A model generated the notes under the pieces. The model saw nothing but the letters and a program-made list of their open reading frames with translations. It did no database searches and was not told the origin of the DNA. A stretch of 64,000 nt of DNA, taken from the NCBI GenBank assembly GCA_016708565.1, contig JADJFN010000001.1:476863-540862 (forward strand), given 5' to 3'. Below are positions 31,992 to 40,831 of this stretch, piece by piece. Origin of the DNA: Myxococcales bacterium. Lineage in GTDB: Bacteria > Myxococcota_A > Polyangia > Haliangiales > Haliangiaceae. Each line of letters starts with the position of its first letter. The first letter of the stretch is position 1. The translations under genes and the position numbers were made by a program.

Positions 31992-32768
31992 CTAGTTGCC
32001 CGCGGCCCACGTGAGCGCGTGGGCCACGAGGTCGAGGAAGGCTGGCTCGGCGTAGGACTCGGGCGTGTGCCCCATCGCGGTGTAGAACATGCGGCCGCCG
32101 AGGTGATCGTCGGTCCAGGCGATCGGGTGGTAGCCGACACGCTGATCGTCGGGCAGCGGCGGCTGGGCGCTGGCCTCGTCGAGCGCAAGCACGACGTGGA
32201 CGCCTTGATCCTCGGGCCGCTCGTGGAACGCATACCACTCGTCGGTCCGGGACCAGCGCGCTGGTAGCCCGGTGGCGCTCGGCGCGGCGGGATCCTCGAC
32301 GGTGACGTCGGCGACGGTCAGGACCGGCGGGTGCGTGCGGAAGCGGGCGCCGATCAGCTCGACGAAGAACGGCCAGTCGTACTCGGTGGCCGAGGCCGAG
32401 TGCAGCCCGACCACGCCGCCGCCGGCCCGCACCCACGGCTCGAACGCGTCGCGGGCCGGCTCGTCGAGCACGTTGCCGCTCGTGACGGCGAAGACGACGA
32501 CGTCGACGTCGGCCAAGACGCCGGAGGTGAATGCCGCCGGGTCGCTCGACGCGGTGACCGTGAAGCCGCGGGTCGCGCACATGTCGACAAGCGCTGCGCG
32601 CGCCACCGGCGTCGACGGATGCGTCCACAGGGTCTCGCGCGAGAACACCAGCACCCGAGGCTGGTCCGCGGTGCCACGGCACGCCGCGTCGATCACCGGA
32701 TCCCGTCGTACGACGAGATCGTCGCCGCACGCGGCGGCGAGCGCGAGCAGGAGCACGAGCGGCCGCAT
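31992..32768 (-). CDS. ThuA-domain (class I glutamine-amidotransferase-like) lipoprotein.
   Basis: MRPLVLLLALAAAC lipobox. ThuA-like core (RVLVFSRETLWTHPS...VVFAVTSGNVLDEP...GGGVVGLHSASATE...YHPIAWTDDHLGGRMFYTAMGH). Confidence 0.75.
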   Translation of the reverse strand: MRPLVLLLALAAACGDDLVVRRDPVIDAACRGTADQPRVLVFSRETLWTHPSTPVARAALVDMCATRGFTVTASSDPAAFTSGVLADVDVVVFAVTSGNVLDEPARDAFEPWVRAGGGVVGLHSASATEYDWPFFVELIGARFRTHPPVLTVADVTVEDPAAPSATGLPARWSRTDEWYAFHERPEDQGVHVVLALDEASAQPPLPDDQRVGYHPIAWTDDHLGGRMFYTAMGHTPESYAEPAFLDLVAHALTWAAGN

Positions 32769-32805
32769 CAGCGCCAGGGTATCAGCTCGACGCGGCCGCA
32801 GCCGG

Positions 32806-33669
32806 TCAGAGTCGCGCGACCGCGAGCAGCTCGCCGGTCGAGAACGGGAGCGGGAACGCGCGCACGGCCGCCGGCGCGACGCGGGTGACCGCCCGGGCGA
32901 CCTTGGTCAGCGCCGGGTGTGGGTACACCTCGAACTGGTGACCGATGTAGTCCAGCGTCAGCGACTTCCACAGCGTGTGGAAGTCGACCGACGCGAAGCC
33001 GACGTCGGTGAGCAGGCGCCGGAGGTTCTGCTGGTTGAAGTAGAACAGGTGTTCGACCTTGTAGTGGGTCCAGCCGGTGCGGAGCACCCGGCGCGAGGGC
33101 GAGCCGGCGTCGGGCGTCGTGATCGCCAGGACGCCACCTGGGCGTAGCAGCTTGCGGGCGAGTTCGAGGGTGCACCGCGGATCGCGCACGTGCTCGATGT
33201 AGTCGCACATCGTGATGACCGCGAAGTCACCGGCGCCGGCGTCGGCGAAGCGCGCGTCGGCCAGCTCGCCGCAGAACACGCGGTCGGGGCCGAACTTGGT
33301 GGCGATCGCCTGAGCGCCAAACTCCGACAGCTCGAGGCCGTAGGGCTGGTACCCGAGGTCGCGTGCGACCTCGAGCAAGAAGCCGGTCGCGGCGCCGCAA
33401 TCGAGCAGCTTGTCGCCAGGCTGGGCCGCTGGCAACTTGCCGAGCACGAACTTGAACGTGCCGCGCTTGAGGTTGGCCACCGTGGCCTCGTTGTCGTGGA
33501 GCCCCCAGGCGTCGTAGTAGTGCGCACCGTAGATCTTGGCGAGCGTGTCGTCGGACGGCTGCGGCGAGATCCGCTCCAGCCCGCAGCCGTCGCAGCGCAC
33601 GAAGTGGTGCTCGGCCTTGTCGAACATCGGCCGGAACTGAGACGAAGCGCACACCTCGCAGGCGATCAT
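32806..33669 (-). CDS. Class I SAM-dependent methyltransferase with an N-terminal zinc ribbon.
   Basis: CEVC...CDGCG zinc ribbon, then LLDCGAATGFLL (motif I GxGxG) and the rest of the Rossmann methyltransferase fold. Confidence 0.75.
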   Translation of the reverse strand: MIACEVCASSQFRPMFDKAEHHFVRCDGCGLERISPQPSDDTLAKIYGAHYYDAWGLHDNEATVANLKRGTFKFVLGKLPAAQPGDKLLDCGAATGFLLEVARDLGYQPYGLELSEFGAQAIATKFGPDRVFCGELADARFADAGAGDFAVITMCDYIEHVRDPRCTLELARKLLRPGGVLAITTPDAGSPSRRVLRTGWTHYKVEHLFYFNQQNLRRLLTDVGFASVDFHTLWKSLTLDYIGHQFEVYPHPALTKVARAVTRVAPAAVRAFPLPFSTGELLAVARL

Positions 33670-33844
33670 CGCGTGTGTGTGCCACCGTCGCAGCGGCGCG
33701 TCAATGGCGCGGGGAGGTCACGGCGGCGTCAGGACCTCGATCCACGTCCGCCGCGTGTTGAACCGCCCGGCGACGATCACCCGGCCGGTGGCGTCGACCG
33801 CGAGGTCGGACACCTCGAACGCCGTTGAACCGCTCGCCCGCGGG

Positions 33845-34819
33845 TCATCCTCGCGACGGCGCGACGGCGGCCGCCAGCTCGGCTGGTGACACCGTCGAGG
33901 TGCCCCGTCGCGACACGACGATGCCCGCGGCCAGGCTAGCCAGTTCCATGGCCACCTCCAACGCAAGGCCAGCGGCGAGGCCCAGCGTGAGCGTCGCCAC
34001 CACGGTGTCGCCCGCGCCGGTGACGTCGAAGACCTCGCGCGCGGCCGCCGGGACGTGCGCGCCGCGGTCACCACCACGATACAGCGTCATGCCATCGGCG
34101 CCGCGGGTCACCAGCAGCGCCGCGCCGTCGAGCGCTGGGGCCAGTCGGCGCGCGGCGGCGTCGATCTCCGCGAGCGTGTGCACCGGGTGGCTCACCGCGC
34201 GCTCGAGTTCGGCCAGGTTCGGAGTGATCACGGTGGCCCGCGCGTAGACCGAGAAGTCGCGCTGCTTTGGGTCGACGACCACGGGGATGCCGCGCCGGTG
34301 GCCGGCGTCGATCGCGTGGCGTGCCAGATCGCGGGTGACCACGCCCTTGTCGTAGTCCGACAGCACGATCGCGTCCGCCCCTTCCAGCGCGCGCTCGAGC
34401 GCATCGCCGAGCGCCGCGGCGACCGCGCCGCTGACGGGGGTCCGCCGCTCGCTGTCCACCCGGGCGATCTGGTGGCCGCCGGCGACCAGCCGGGTCTTCC
34501 GGGTGGTCGGACGTGCGGGATCGACCACCGTCTCCGCCTTGATCGCGGCGCGGCGTAGCGCGCCGTCGAGCGTCCGCGCACCTTCGTCGTCGCCGACCAC
34601 GCCGACCACCGTCGCGTGCGCGCCGAGCTGGGCCAGGTTGTGGGCGGTGTTGGCGGCACCGCCCAGGCGATGCTCCGTGGTGCGGAGATCGAGGACCGGC
34701 ACGGGCGCCTCGGGGGACACCCGGTGGACCTCGCCGCGGAGGTACTCGTCGATCATCAGGTCGCCGAGCACGATCACGCGGCGACCGCGCAGCTCGTCGA
34801 CGAGGGCCGGGCTCAACAT
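33845..34819 (-). CDS. hldA: D-glycero-beta-D-manno-heptose-7-phosphate kinase (RfaE/HldE domain I only; PfkB carbohydrate kinase).
   Basis: VIVLGDLMIDEYLRGEVHRVSPEAPVPV (heptose kinase N-terminus) and DVTGAGDTVVA (PfkB ATP-binding motif). 324 aa, kinase domain only. It is the C-terminal part of the 965-aa track ORF. Confidence 0.8.
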   Translation of the reverse strand: MLSPALVDELRGRRVIVLGDLMIDEYLRGEVHRVSPEAPVPVLDLRTTEHRLGGAANTAHNLAQLGAHATVVGVVGDDEGARTLDGALRRAAIKAETVVDPARPTTRKTRLVAGGHQIARVDSERRTPVSGAVAAALGDALERALEGADAIVLSDYDKGVVTRDLARHAIDAGHRRGIPVVVDPKQRDFSVYARATVITPNLAELERAVSHPVHTLAEIDAAARRLAPALDGAALLVTRGADGMTLYRGGDRGAHVPAAAREVFDVTGAGDTVVATLTLGLAAGLALEVAMELASLAAGIVVSRRGTSTVSPAELAAAVAPSRG

Positions 34820-34924
34820 GCGGCTCGACGCTACTCTACCCCCCTCGCCGATGCAACGCGGTGGCGAGAGGCGCGCGTGCGCCTCGCCACGCTTCCGAAT
34901 CGTGACCATCGGTTGACACCGTCG

Positions 34925-37081
34925 ATGCTCACGACTAAAGCTCGCACGCGCGTGAGTTCCTTGTCGACGACCAGCGCGCCCGCGGGGCGCGCGCGCGTGC
35001 ACCCGGCGGCGCTGCTTGGCCTGGCGTTGGCCGCCGCGTTCCTGTTTGCGACACGCACCGAAGGCTTCCGCGTCAACTGGGGCGATCCGTGGTCCGACGG
35101 CAACGCGCTGACCTCGGGACGCTACTTCGCGAGGGATGGCTTCGCCGCCACCGGCATGACGCCGGTGCTCGACGTCGGGCCGTTGACCCCGGACTCGCTG
35201 CGCTACACCCACTATCCACCGCTGCCGGACCTGGTGAACGGCGTCCAGCAGCGCGTGGTTGGGACCATGTCGATCGGCGGTTTTCGCTTGCTCGCCGATC
35301 TGTTGAGCTTGCTCAGCCTGGTGTTCTTCTATCGGTTCGTCCGCCGCTTCACGTCGGCGGCCGTGGCCGGCTACGCCGTGTTGCTGGTCGGGACCAACCT
35401 GTTGTGGCTCCAGTACGCCGACACCTTGCACCACGTGCCGCTGTACACCGCGCTCGGCTATGCCGCGCTCGATCAGGTCGGCGCCTGGACCGAACGACCG
35501 GCGCGGCGCCGCCTGGCCGTGATCCTGATCGCGACGACGTTGTGTGCGCTGGCGTCGTACGACTTCGGCCTGTACCTGCCGATCATGACCGTCGCCGCGG
35601 TCGTGTGGAGTGGGCGGCGGCTGCGCGACCGCGAGTCGTGGCCGGTGATGATGGCGGTGGGCGCCGGCCTGATCCTCGGCGTCGTCGTCAAGTTCGCCCT
35701 CATCGCGTGGGCGGTGGGGCCGGTGCATCTCGTCCACGACCTGCTGTTTCAGTTCGAGGAGCGCGCCACGGCGCGGCATTCGACCAACTACACGGCGGGG
35801 CTCATGCCGATCGTCAGCGCCCGCCTGTGGCGGTTCTTCACGCCGCTGTTCCTCGTCCTGTTGCTCGCCGGCCCGTGGCTGGCATGGCGCCGGCGCCGGA
35901 CCGGCGTCGACGCGCCGGTCGCGCTTCGGCCGTTGTGGTTTCTGGCGGCGGGGGTGCCGTTCTGCGTGGTGTTCTCGCAGCTGCTCGTCGAACAGTTCCA
36001 TCCCACGCTGCAGTTCGTGCCGTTCTACGCGGTCGGGTTCGCCGCGATCATCGTCGCGATGCGCGAGCATGCCCGGCCGGCGCTTCGGCGCGGCGGCCTG
36101 GTGCTGGCCGCGTTCCTCCTCGCCTGGCAAGCGCGCGAGCTCGTCCGGTTCCCCAAGGTGGTGCTCGCCGAGTCCGATCTCCGTGCGGTCGGCGGTCACC
36201 TGGCGCGAGTCGACGATCGCCGCTTTGTGCTGTCCAACCTCCTGGTCGACGGGCCGGTGCGATACTACTGGCAGCGGCACCTCATGGGGTTGCCGGCGAT
36301 GTCGGAGGCTGCGGCCGACGCGTACTTTCGGGACCTGTTCTGGCGGTACGGCAACCGCCCGGTGCGGTTCGTCGCGATCAGCGGCGCCCCCGACGTCGCC
36401 TACGACAAGCTCGTGTTCGCGTTGCTGGCTGGCCAGCGGCGCTGGTCGTGGATCGCTAGCCCGTACGCGAACCGCGCCAAGATCCGCAAACGGCTGGGCC
36501 AGATGAACGACGACCTGATGGAGGCGATCGAGGCGCGTGGCACGCTCGAGTTCGAGCGCGGACCCTTCCGCGTGTACCGCATCGATCCTGCGATCGGCGA
36601 TCGGGGCTGGGCCTTGCCGATCACCGATGACGTGGCGATGGTCGAGCTCGGCGACCCGCAGGCGGTCCGCTACAAGCTGTACGGGCTCGGGCCGGCGACG
36701 ATCGGCCCCGATGGGGTCGCCGCGGCGGCGCTGACCGGTCACGAGGTCGCAGACGTGCGCTTCACCATGCAGGGCCTCGTCGATGTGCCCTCCGGCCGCG
36801 ACCCGCGCGGGGCCGTCCAGCTACACGTCCCCGGTGCCGACGCCGTGATCGACGTCGCCGTGTGGTCGGCGGGCGACGGGCAGTTGCGGGTGCAGGTCAA
36901 CGGCGTGGACCTCGGTGAGCAGCGGCTCGTGGCCGGGTGGCAGCAGGTCACCTACGCGGTGCCGCCCGCCGCGGTCGAGGCCGCGCGGCGAGTGGTCGGC
37001 GCACCCGGCGCACCCGACGTCGTCGCGTTGATCGCTGGCACCGAGTTGCGCGTCGCCCGCGTCAGCGCTGCGGTGCGCTGA
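34925..37081 (+). CDS. Large membrane protein (718 aa) with GT-C-like architecture (about 10 TM helices plus a roughly 300-aa soluble C-terminal domain).
   Basis: Real start MLTTKARTRV is internal to the 821-aa track ORF. The hydrophobic N-terminal half has the Tyr/Trp-rich loops typical of GT-C glycosyltransferases. It lies inside the heptose gene cluster. Confidence 0.55.
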   Translation: MLTTKARTRVSSLSTTSAPAGRARVHPAALLGLALAAAFLFATRTEGFRVNWGDPWSDGNALTSGRYFARDGFAATGMTPVLDVGPLTPDSLRYTHYPPLPDLVNGVQQRVVGTMSIGGFRLLADLLSLLSLVFFYRFVRRFTSAAVAGYAVLLVGTNLLWLQYADTLHHVPLYTALGYAALDQVGAWTERPARRRLAVILIATTLCALASYDFGLYLPIMTVAAVVWSGRRLRDRESWPVMMAVGAGLILGVVVKFALIAWAVGPVHLVHDLLFQFEERATARHSTNYTAGLMPIVSARLWRFFTPLFLVLLLAGPWLAWRRRRTGVDAPVALRPLWFLAAGVPFCVVFSQLLVEQFHPTLQFVPFYAVGFAAIIVAMREHARPALRRGGLVLAAFLLAWQARELVRFPKVVLAESDLRAVGGHLARVDDRRFVLSNLLVDGPVRYYWQRHLMGLPAMSEAAADAYFRDLFWRYGNRPVRFVAISGAPDVAYDKLVFALLAGQRRWSWIASPYANRAKIRKRLGQMNDDLMEAIEARGTLEFERGPFRVYRIDPAIGDRGWALPITDDVAMVELGDPQAVRYKLYGLGPATIGPDGVAAAALTGHEVADVRFTMQGLVDVPSGRDPRGAVQLHVPGADAVIDVAVWSAGDGQLRVQVNGVDLGEQRLVAGWQQVTYAVPPAAVEAARRVVGAPGAPDVVALIAGTELRVARVSAAVR

Positions 37082-37094
37082 CCGTTCCCCCCGG

Positions 37095-37604
37095 TCACGC
37101 CGCGAAGAACGCGGCCAGCGTCGCGCTGGCGGCCGGCCAGCCAACCACGTCGACGCCGGGACCGGGATCCTCGGCGAACCGCAGCGCCGCGCACCCGGCG
37201 GCGCGCCCGGCCGCCACGTCAGCCGCCTTGTCGCCGATCATCAGCGACCGGTCGAGGTCGAGCCCGAGGTCCCGGGCGGCGTCGAGCAACATGCCGGGCG
37301 CGGGCTTGCGGCAGCGGCAGCCGTCGTCGGGGCCGTGGGGGCAGACGTAGACCCCGGCGAAGCGCACGCCGGCGGCGGCGAACTCGGCCTCGACCTGGGC
37401 CTGCACCGCGGCGGCCTCGGCCGAGGTCACCAGCCCGCGGGCCAGCCCCGACTGGTTGGTCACGATCACCAGCGCGACCTCGGCCGGCAGCGCGGCCAGC
37501 GCCGCGGCCGCGCCCGGCAAGAGCGCGACGGTGGCGGGGTCACGCGGGTAGCCGACGTCGACGATCAGCGTGCCGTCGCGATCGAGGAACAGCGCGCGGG
37601 TCAC
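37095..37604 (-). CDS. gmhB: D-glycero-D-manno-heptose 1,7-bisphosphate phosphatase (HAD family).
   Basis: [15 protein letters not shown] (HAD motif I DxDGT), VIVTNQSG (motif II), MIGDKAADV (motif III/IV). GTG start overlaps the upstream TGA. Confidence 0.8.
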   Translation of the reverse strand: MTRALFLDRDGTLIVDVGYPRDPATVALLPGAAAALAALPAEVALVIVTNQSGLARGLVTSAEAAAVQAQVEAEFAAAGVRFAGVYVCPHGPDDGCRCRKPAPGMLLDAARDLGLDLDRSLMIGDKAADVAAGRAAGCAALRFAEDPGPGVDVVGWPAASATLAAFFAA

Positions 37605-38674
37605 TCGGCCAGCAGCCGGGCCAGGGTGTCGGTCGACGAGCGCCCCGGCACCAGCGGCACGAACTCGACCTTGCCGCCCCAGCTCGCCACCAGCGCGGCC
37701 TCGGGGATGGGCTTGCCGTGGGGCGGGGCGTAGTCGGCGCCCTTGACGTGGACGTCGGGTCGCACCGCGGTCAGCACCTCGACCGGGGTCGGCGCGTCGA
37801 AGACGGTGATCGCGTCGACGCACTCGAGCGCCGCCAGCAGCTCGCACCGCTCGATGGCCGGGAAGATCGGCCGGCTCGGCCCCTTGTTGCCGCGGACGCT
37901 GGCGTCGCTGTTGACGCCGACGATCAGCACGTCGGCGAAGCCGCGCGCGGCCCGCAGCGACTGCAGGTGGCCGACGTGCAGCACGTCGAACACGCCGTTG
38001 GTCCACGCCACCGTGCGCTTGTGGGCGCGGCAGCGCTCGCGGAACGCGACGACGCCGTCGAGGTCGTACAGCTTGGGGGCCGCCGCCACAGGGGCGGGGT
38101 GGGCCGCGCCGTAGCCGGCGTCGACCTGCGCGCACCACACGTGGCCGATCGCGATGTGGCACTCCTGGATGCGCGCGGTGTCGCCCGACGGCACGACCAC
38201 GCCGGCGTCGCACGCGTCGACGAACGCGCGGCCGCGGGCCCCGGTCAGGCCGATCACCTTGACGCCCAGCGCCCGCGCCGCGTCGGCGGCGGCGACCACG
38301 TTCTTCGACGTGCCGCTGGTGGTGATCGCGATCAGCACGTCGCCGGGCCGGCCCAGCGCCTCGACCTGCCGGCGGAACACCAGCTCGTAGCCGTAGTCGT
38401 TGCCGATCGCCGTGAGCGCCGAGGTGTCGGTGGTGAGCGCGATCGCCGGCAGCCCGCGCCGCTCGACGACGAACCGCCCGACCAGCTCGGCGGCGATGTG
38501 CTGCGCGTCGGCGGCCGAGCCGCCGTTGCCGCACAAGAGCACCTTGCCGCCGGCGGCCAGCGTCGCGGCGATCAGCTCGCCGGCCGCGACGATCGCCGGC
38601 AGCTCGGTGGCGATCAGCTCCTGGCGCACGCGCACGCCGTCGACCAACGCGGCGCGCGCGACGTCGGCGGTCAT
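37601..38674 (-). CDS. Fusion of phosphoheptose isomerase (GmhA, SIS domain) with D-beta-D-heptose-1-phosphate adenylyltransferase (RfaE/HldE domain II).
   Basis: N-terminal half [19 protein letters not shown]...[10 protein letters not shown] (SIS/GmhA). C-terminal half [18 protein letters not shown]...VGVNSDASV (HxGH nucleotidyltransferase, HldE-II-like). ATG overlaps the upstream gene's TGA (ATGA). Confidence 0.8.
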   Translation of the reverse strand: MTADVARAALVDGVRVRQELIATELPAIVAAGELIAATLAAGGKVLLCGNGGSAADAQHIAAELVGRFVVERRGLPAIALTTDTSALTAIGNDYGYELVFRRQVEALGRPGDVLIAITTSGTSKNVVAAADAARALGVKVIGLTGARGRAFVDACDAGVVVPSGDTARIQECHIAIGHVWCAQVDAGYGAAHPAPVAAAPKLYDLDGVVAFRERCRAHKRTVAWTNGVFDVLHVGHLQSLRAARGFADVLIVGVNSDASVRGNKGPSRPIFPAIERCELLAALECVDAITVFDAPTPVEVLTAVRPDVHVKGADYAPPHGKPIPEAALVASWGGKVEFVPLVPGRSSTDTLARLLAE

Positions 38675-39924
38675 GGCACCGCGCGCGCGGCGGTGGGCGC
38701 CGTGGCCTCGAGGACCTCACGCACCTGCACCATCACGTCGTCGACCGCCACCGTGCAGGCCGCGGTGTTGGTGATCTCCGACGACGGCCGCCCGCCCGAG
38801 ATGTCCTTGCCGTTGTACACGGTGAACAGCGGGATCGAGTACAGCGGCGGCACCACCGAGCGCACCCGCGAGCCCTGGGGCGCGAACAGCACCGGCGAGT
38901 CGGCGAAGAACAGCCCGACGATCGGCGCGTCGACCAGGCAGGCCAGGTGCATCGGGCCGCTGTCGTTGGACACCACCAGCGCGGCCTCGGCGAACAGCGT
39001 CACCAGTTCGCGCAGGTTGAGGTCGCCGGCCACCGCGACGGCCCGCGGCGTCCGGCAGTGGCCGACCACCCGCTCGACGTAGGCGCGCTCGCTGGGCGCG
39101 CCGATGAACAGCACCCGGGCCCGCGGGCGCTCGGCGACGATCCGATCGGCCAGCGCGGCGTAGCGAGCCTCGGGCCACTTGCGGGCCTCGGGCGCCAGAT
39201 CGGGCGACGTGTTGGCGTTGATCACGACCAGCTCGTCACCGGGGGCGATCTTGCCGGCCAGCTTCTTGCGCACGCCGGCGCGCTCGAGCTCCGACGGGTC
39301 GAGCCGCGGGTAGCGGTAGCGGGCGGTCCACGCGGCGAAGTCGAGGAAGTACGGGTCCTCGGTGGCGATCAGGTACGGCAAGGACAGGAAGATGTCCTTG
39401 GTGTGGAAGTAGTGGTTGTAGATGCCGGTGACGTCGAGCAGCGACCGCCGCCACGCCTCCGACTGCAGGTAGAACCCGGCCTTCTTGGGGATGCCGGCCA
39501 GGCTGGCCAGGGTCAGCGGGAACTTGGCGAAGAACTCGAGATCGACGGCCAGCTCGCAGCGCGCCGCGCGCAGCGCGCGGATGACGCCGAGCGTGGTGCG
39601 GGTGAAGCTCGCCGGCGTCGACGGGTCGATGTAGTGGTTGACGTCGGTCAGCCCGAGGATCTCGAGCACGTCGCGGTTGCCCTTGAACGTGACGAAGTGG
39701 ATGCGCGCGCCGGGGTGCTGATCGCGCAGCGCCGCGACCGCCGGGCTGGCCACCACGATCGACCCCATCCCGAAGAACTTCATCACGACGATGTTCTTCA
39801 CCGGCCCGGGCGGCGCGGCGAACGGGCGCGACAGCTCCTTGCCCGCGGCCAGCGCCGAGCAGAGCAGGTTGCCGACCAGGCCGTCGATGCGGCGCATCAT
39901 CTTGACGTTCACGAGGCCGTGCAT
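38671..39924 (-). CDS. Glycosyltransferase family 9 (LPS heptosyltransferase, RfaF/WaaC/WaaQ-like).
   Basis: [36 protein letters not shown] (GT9 N-terminus) and the C-terminal [19 protein letters not shown] motif. Confidence 0.8.
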   Translation of the reverse strand: MHGLVNVKMMRRIDGLVGNLLCSALAAGKELSRPFAAPPGPVKNIVVMKFFGMGSIVVASPAVAALRDQHPGARIHFVTFKGNRDVLEILGLTDVNHYIDPSTPASFTRTTLGVIRALRAARCELAVDLEFFAKFPLTLASLAGIPKKAGFYLQSEAWRRSLLDVTGIYNHYFHTKDIFLSLPYLIATEDPYFLDFAAWTARYRYPRLDPSELERAGVRKKLAGKIAPGDELVVINANTSPDLAPEARKWPEARYAALADRIVAERPRARVLFIGAPSERAYVERVVGHCRTPRAVAVAGDLNLRELVTLFAEAALVVSNDSGPMHLACLVDAPIVGLFFADSPVLFAPQGSRVRSVVPPLYSIPLFTVYNGKDISGGRPSSEITNTAACTVAVDDVMVQVREVLEATAPTAARAVP

Positions 39925-40011
39925 CCCACGCTCCCGCCGGGAGCGTCAAGTCGGCGCAGCTCTTGCGGGAGTTGCGCGTGCGCCAGGCCACGGACCGGGT
40001 GGGGCCGACCG

Positions 40012-40782
40012 CTACTTCGGCGGCATGCGCAGCGCGCCGTCGAGGCGGATGGTCTCGCCGTTGAGGTAGCCGTTGCCGACGATGGCGGCGACCAGCTCGG
40101 CGTACTCGGCGGGATCGCCGAGGCGCTTGGGGAAGACGACGTCGGCGGCGAGCGCGGCGCGCTTGTCCTCGGGCAGGGCGGCCAGCATCGGCGTGTCCAT
40201 CAGGCCGGGCGCGATCGTGCACACCCGGATGCCGGCGGGGGCGAGGTCGCGGGCGGCGGGCAGGGTCATGCCGACGACGCCGGCCTTCGACGCGGCGTAG
40301 GCGATCTGGCCGATCTGGCCGTCGTAGGCGGCGACCGACGCGGTGTTGACGATGACGCCGCGCTCGCCGCTGGCGGTGGGGGCGGCGTGGCTCATCGCGC
40401 TGGCGGCCAGCCGCAGCACGTTGAACGTGCCGATCAGGTTGATGCCGACGATCGTCTGGAACAGGTCGAGCTTGTGCGGCGCCCCGGTCTTGTCGAGGGT
40501 GCGCGCGGCCCAGCCGACGCCGGCGCACGACACCGCGATCCGCAGCGGGCCGAAGTGCGCGGCGGCGGCGATCGCGGCCTCGATCTGGGCGGCGTCGGTG
40601 ACGTCGGCCTGGGCGAAGCGGGCGCGGTCGGTGCCCAGCTCGTCGGCCAGCGCGGCGCCGCGGGCCAGGTCGCGGTCGACGATGACGACCTTGGCGCCGC
40701 CGGCGACCAGGCGGCGGACGGTGGCGGCGCCCAGGCCCGAGGCGCCACCGGTGACGAGAGCGACGGAGTCGGCGAGCTGCAT
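40012..40782 (-). CDS. SDR-family oxidoreductase (HSD17B10-like / 3-hydroxyacyl-CoA dehydrogenase type II-like).
   Basis: [11 protein letters not shown] (TGxxxGxG) and YAASKAGVV (YxxxK). 256 aa from the internal [13 protein letters not shown]. Confidence 0.8.
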   Translation of the reverse strand: MQLADSVALVTGGASGLGAATVRRLVAGGAKVVIVDRDLARGAALADELGTDRARFAQADVTDAAQIEAAIAAAAHFGPLRIAVSCAGVGWAARTLDKTGAPHKLDLFQTIVGINLIGTFNVLRLAASAMSHAAPTASGERGVIVNTASVAAYDGQIGQIAYAASKAGVVGMTLPAARDLAPAGIRVCTIAPGLMDTPMLAALPEDKRAALAADVVFPKRLGDPAEYAELVAAIVGNGYLNGETIRLDGALRMPPK

Positions 40783-40831
40783 GGCGCGACCATGCCGGCG
40801 GCCCCGGTTGGGGTCAAGCCGGGGCAAGCGA

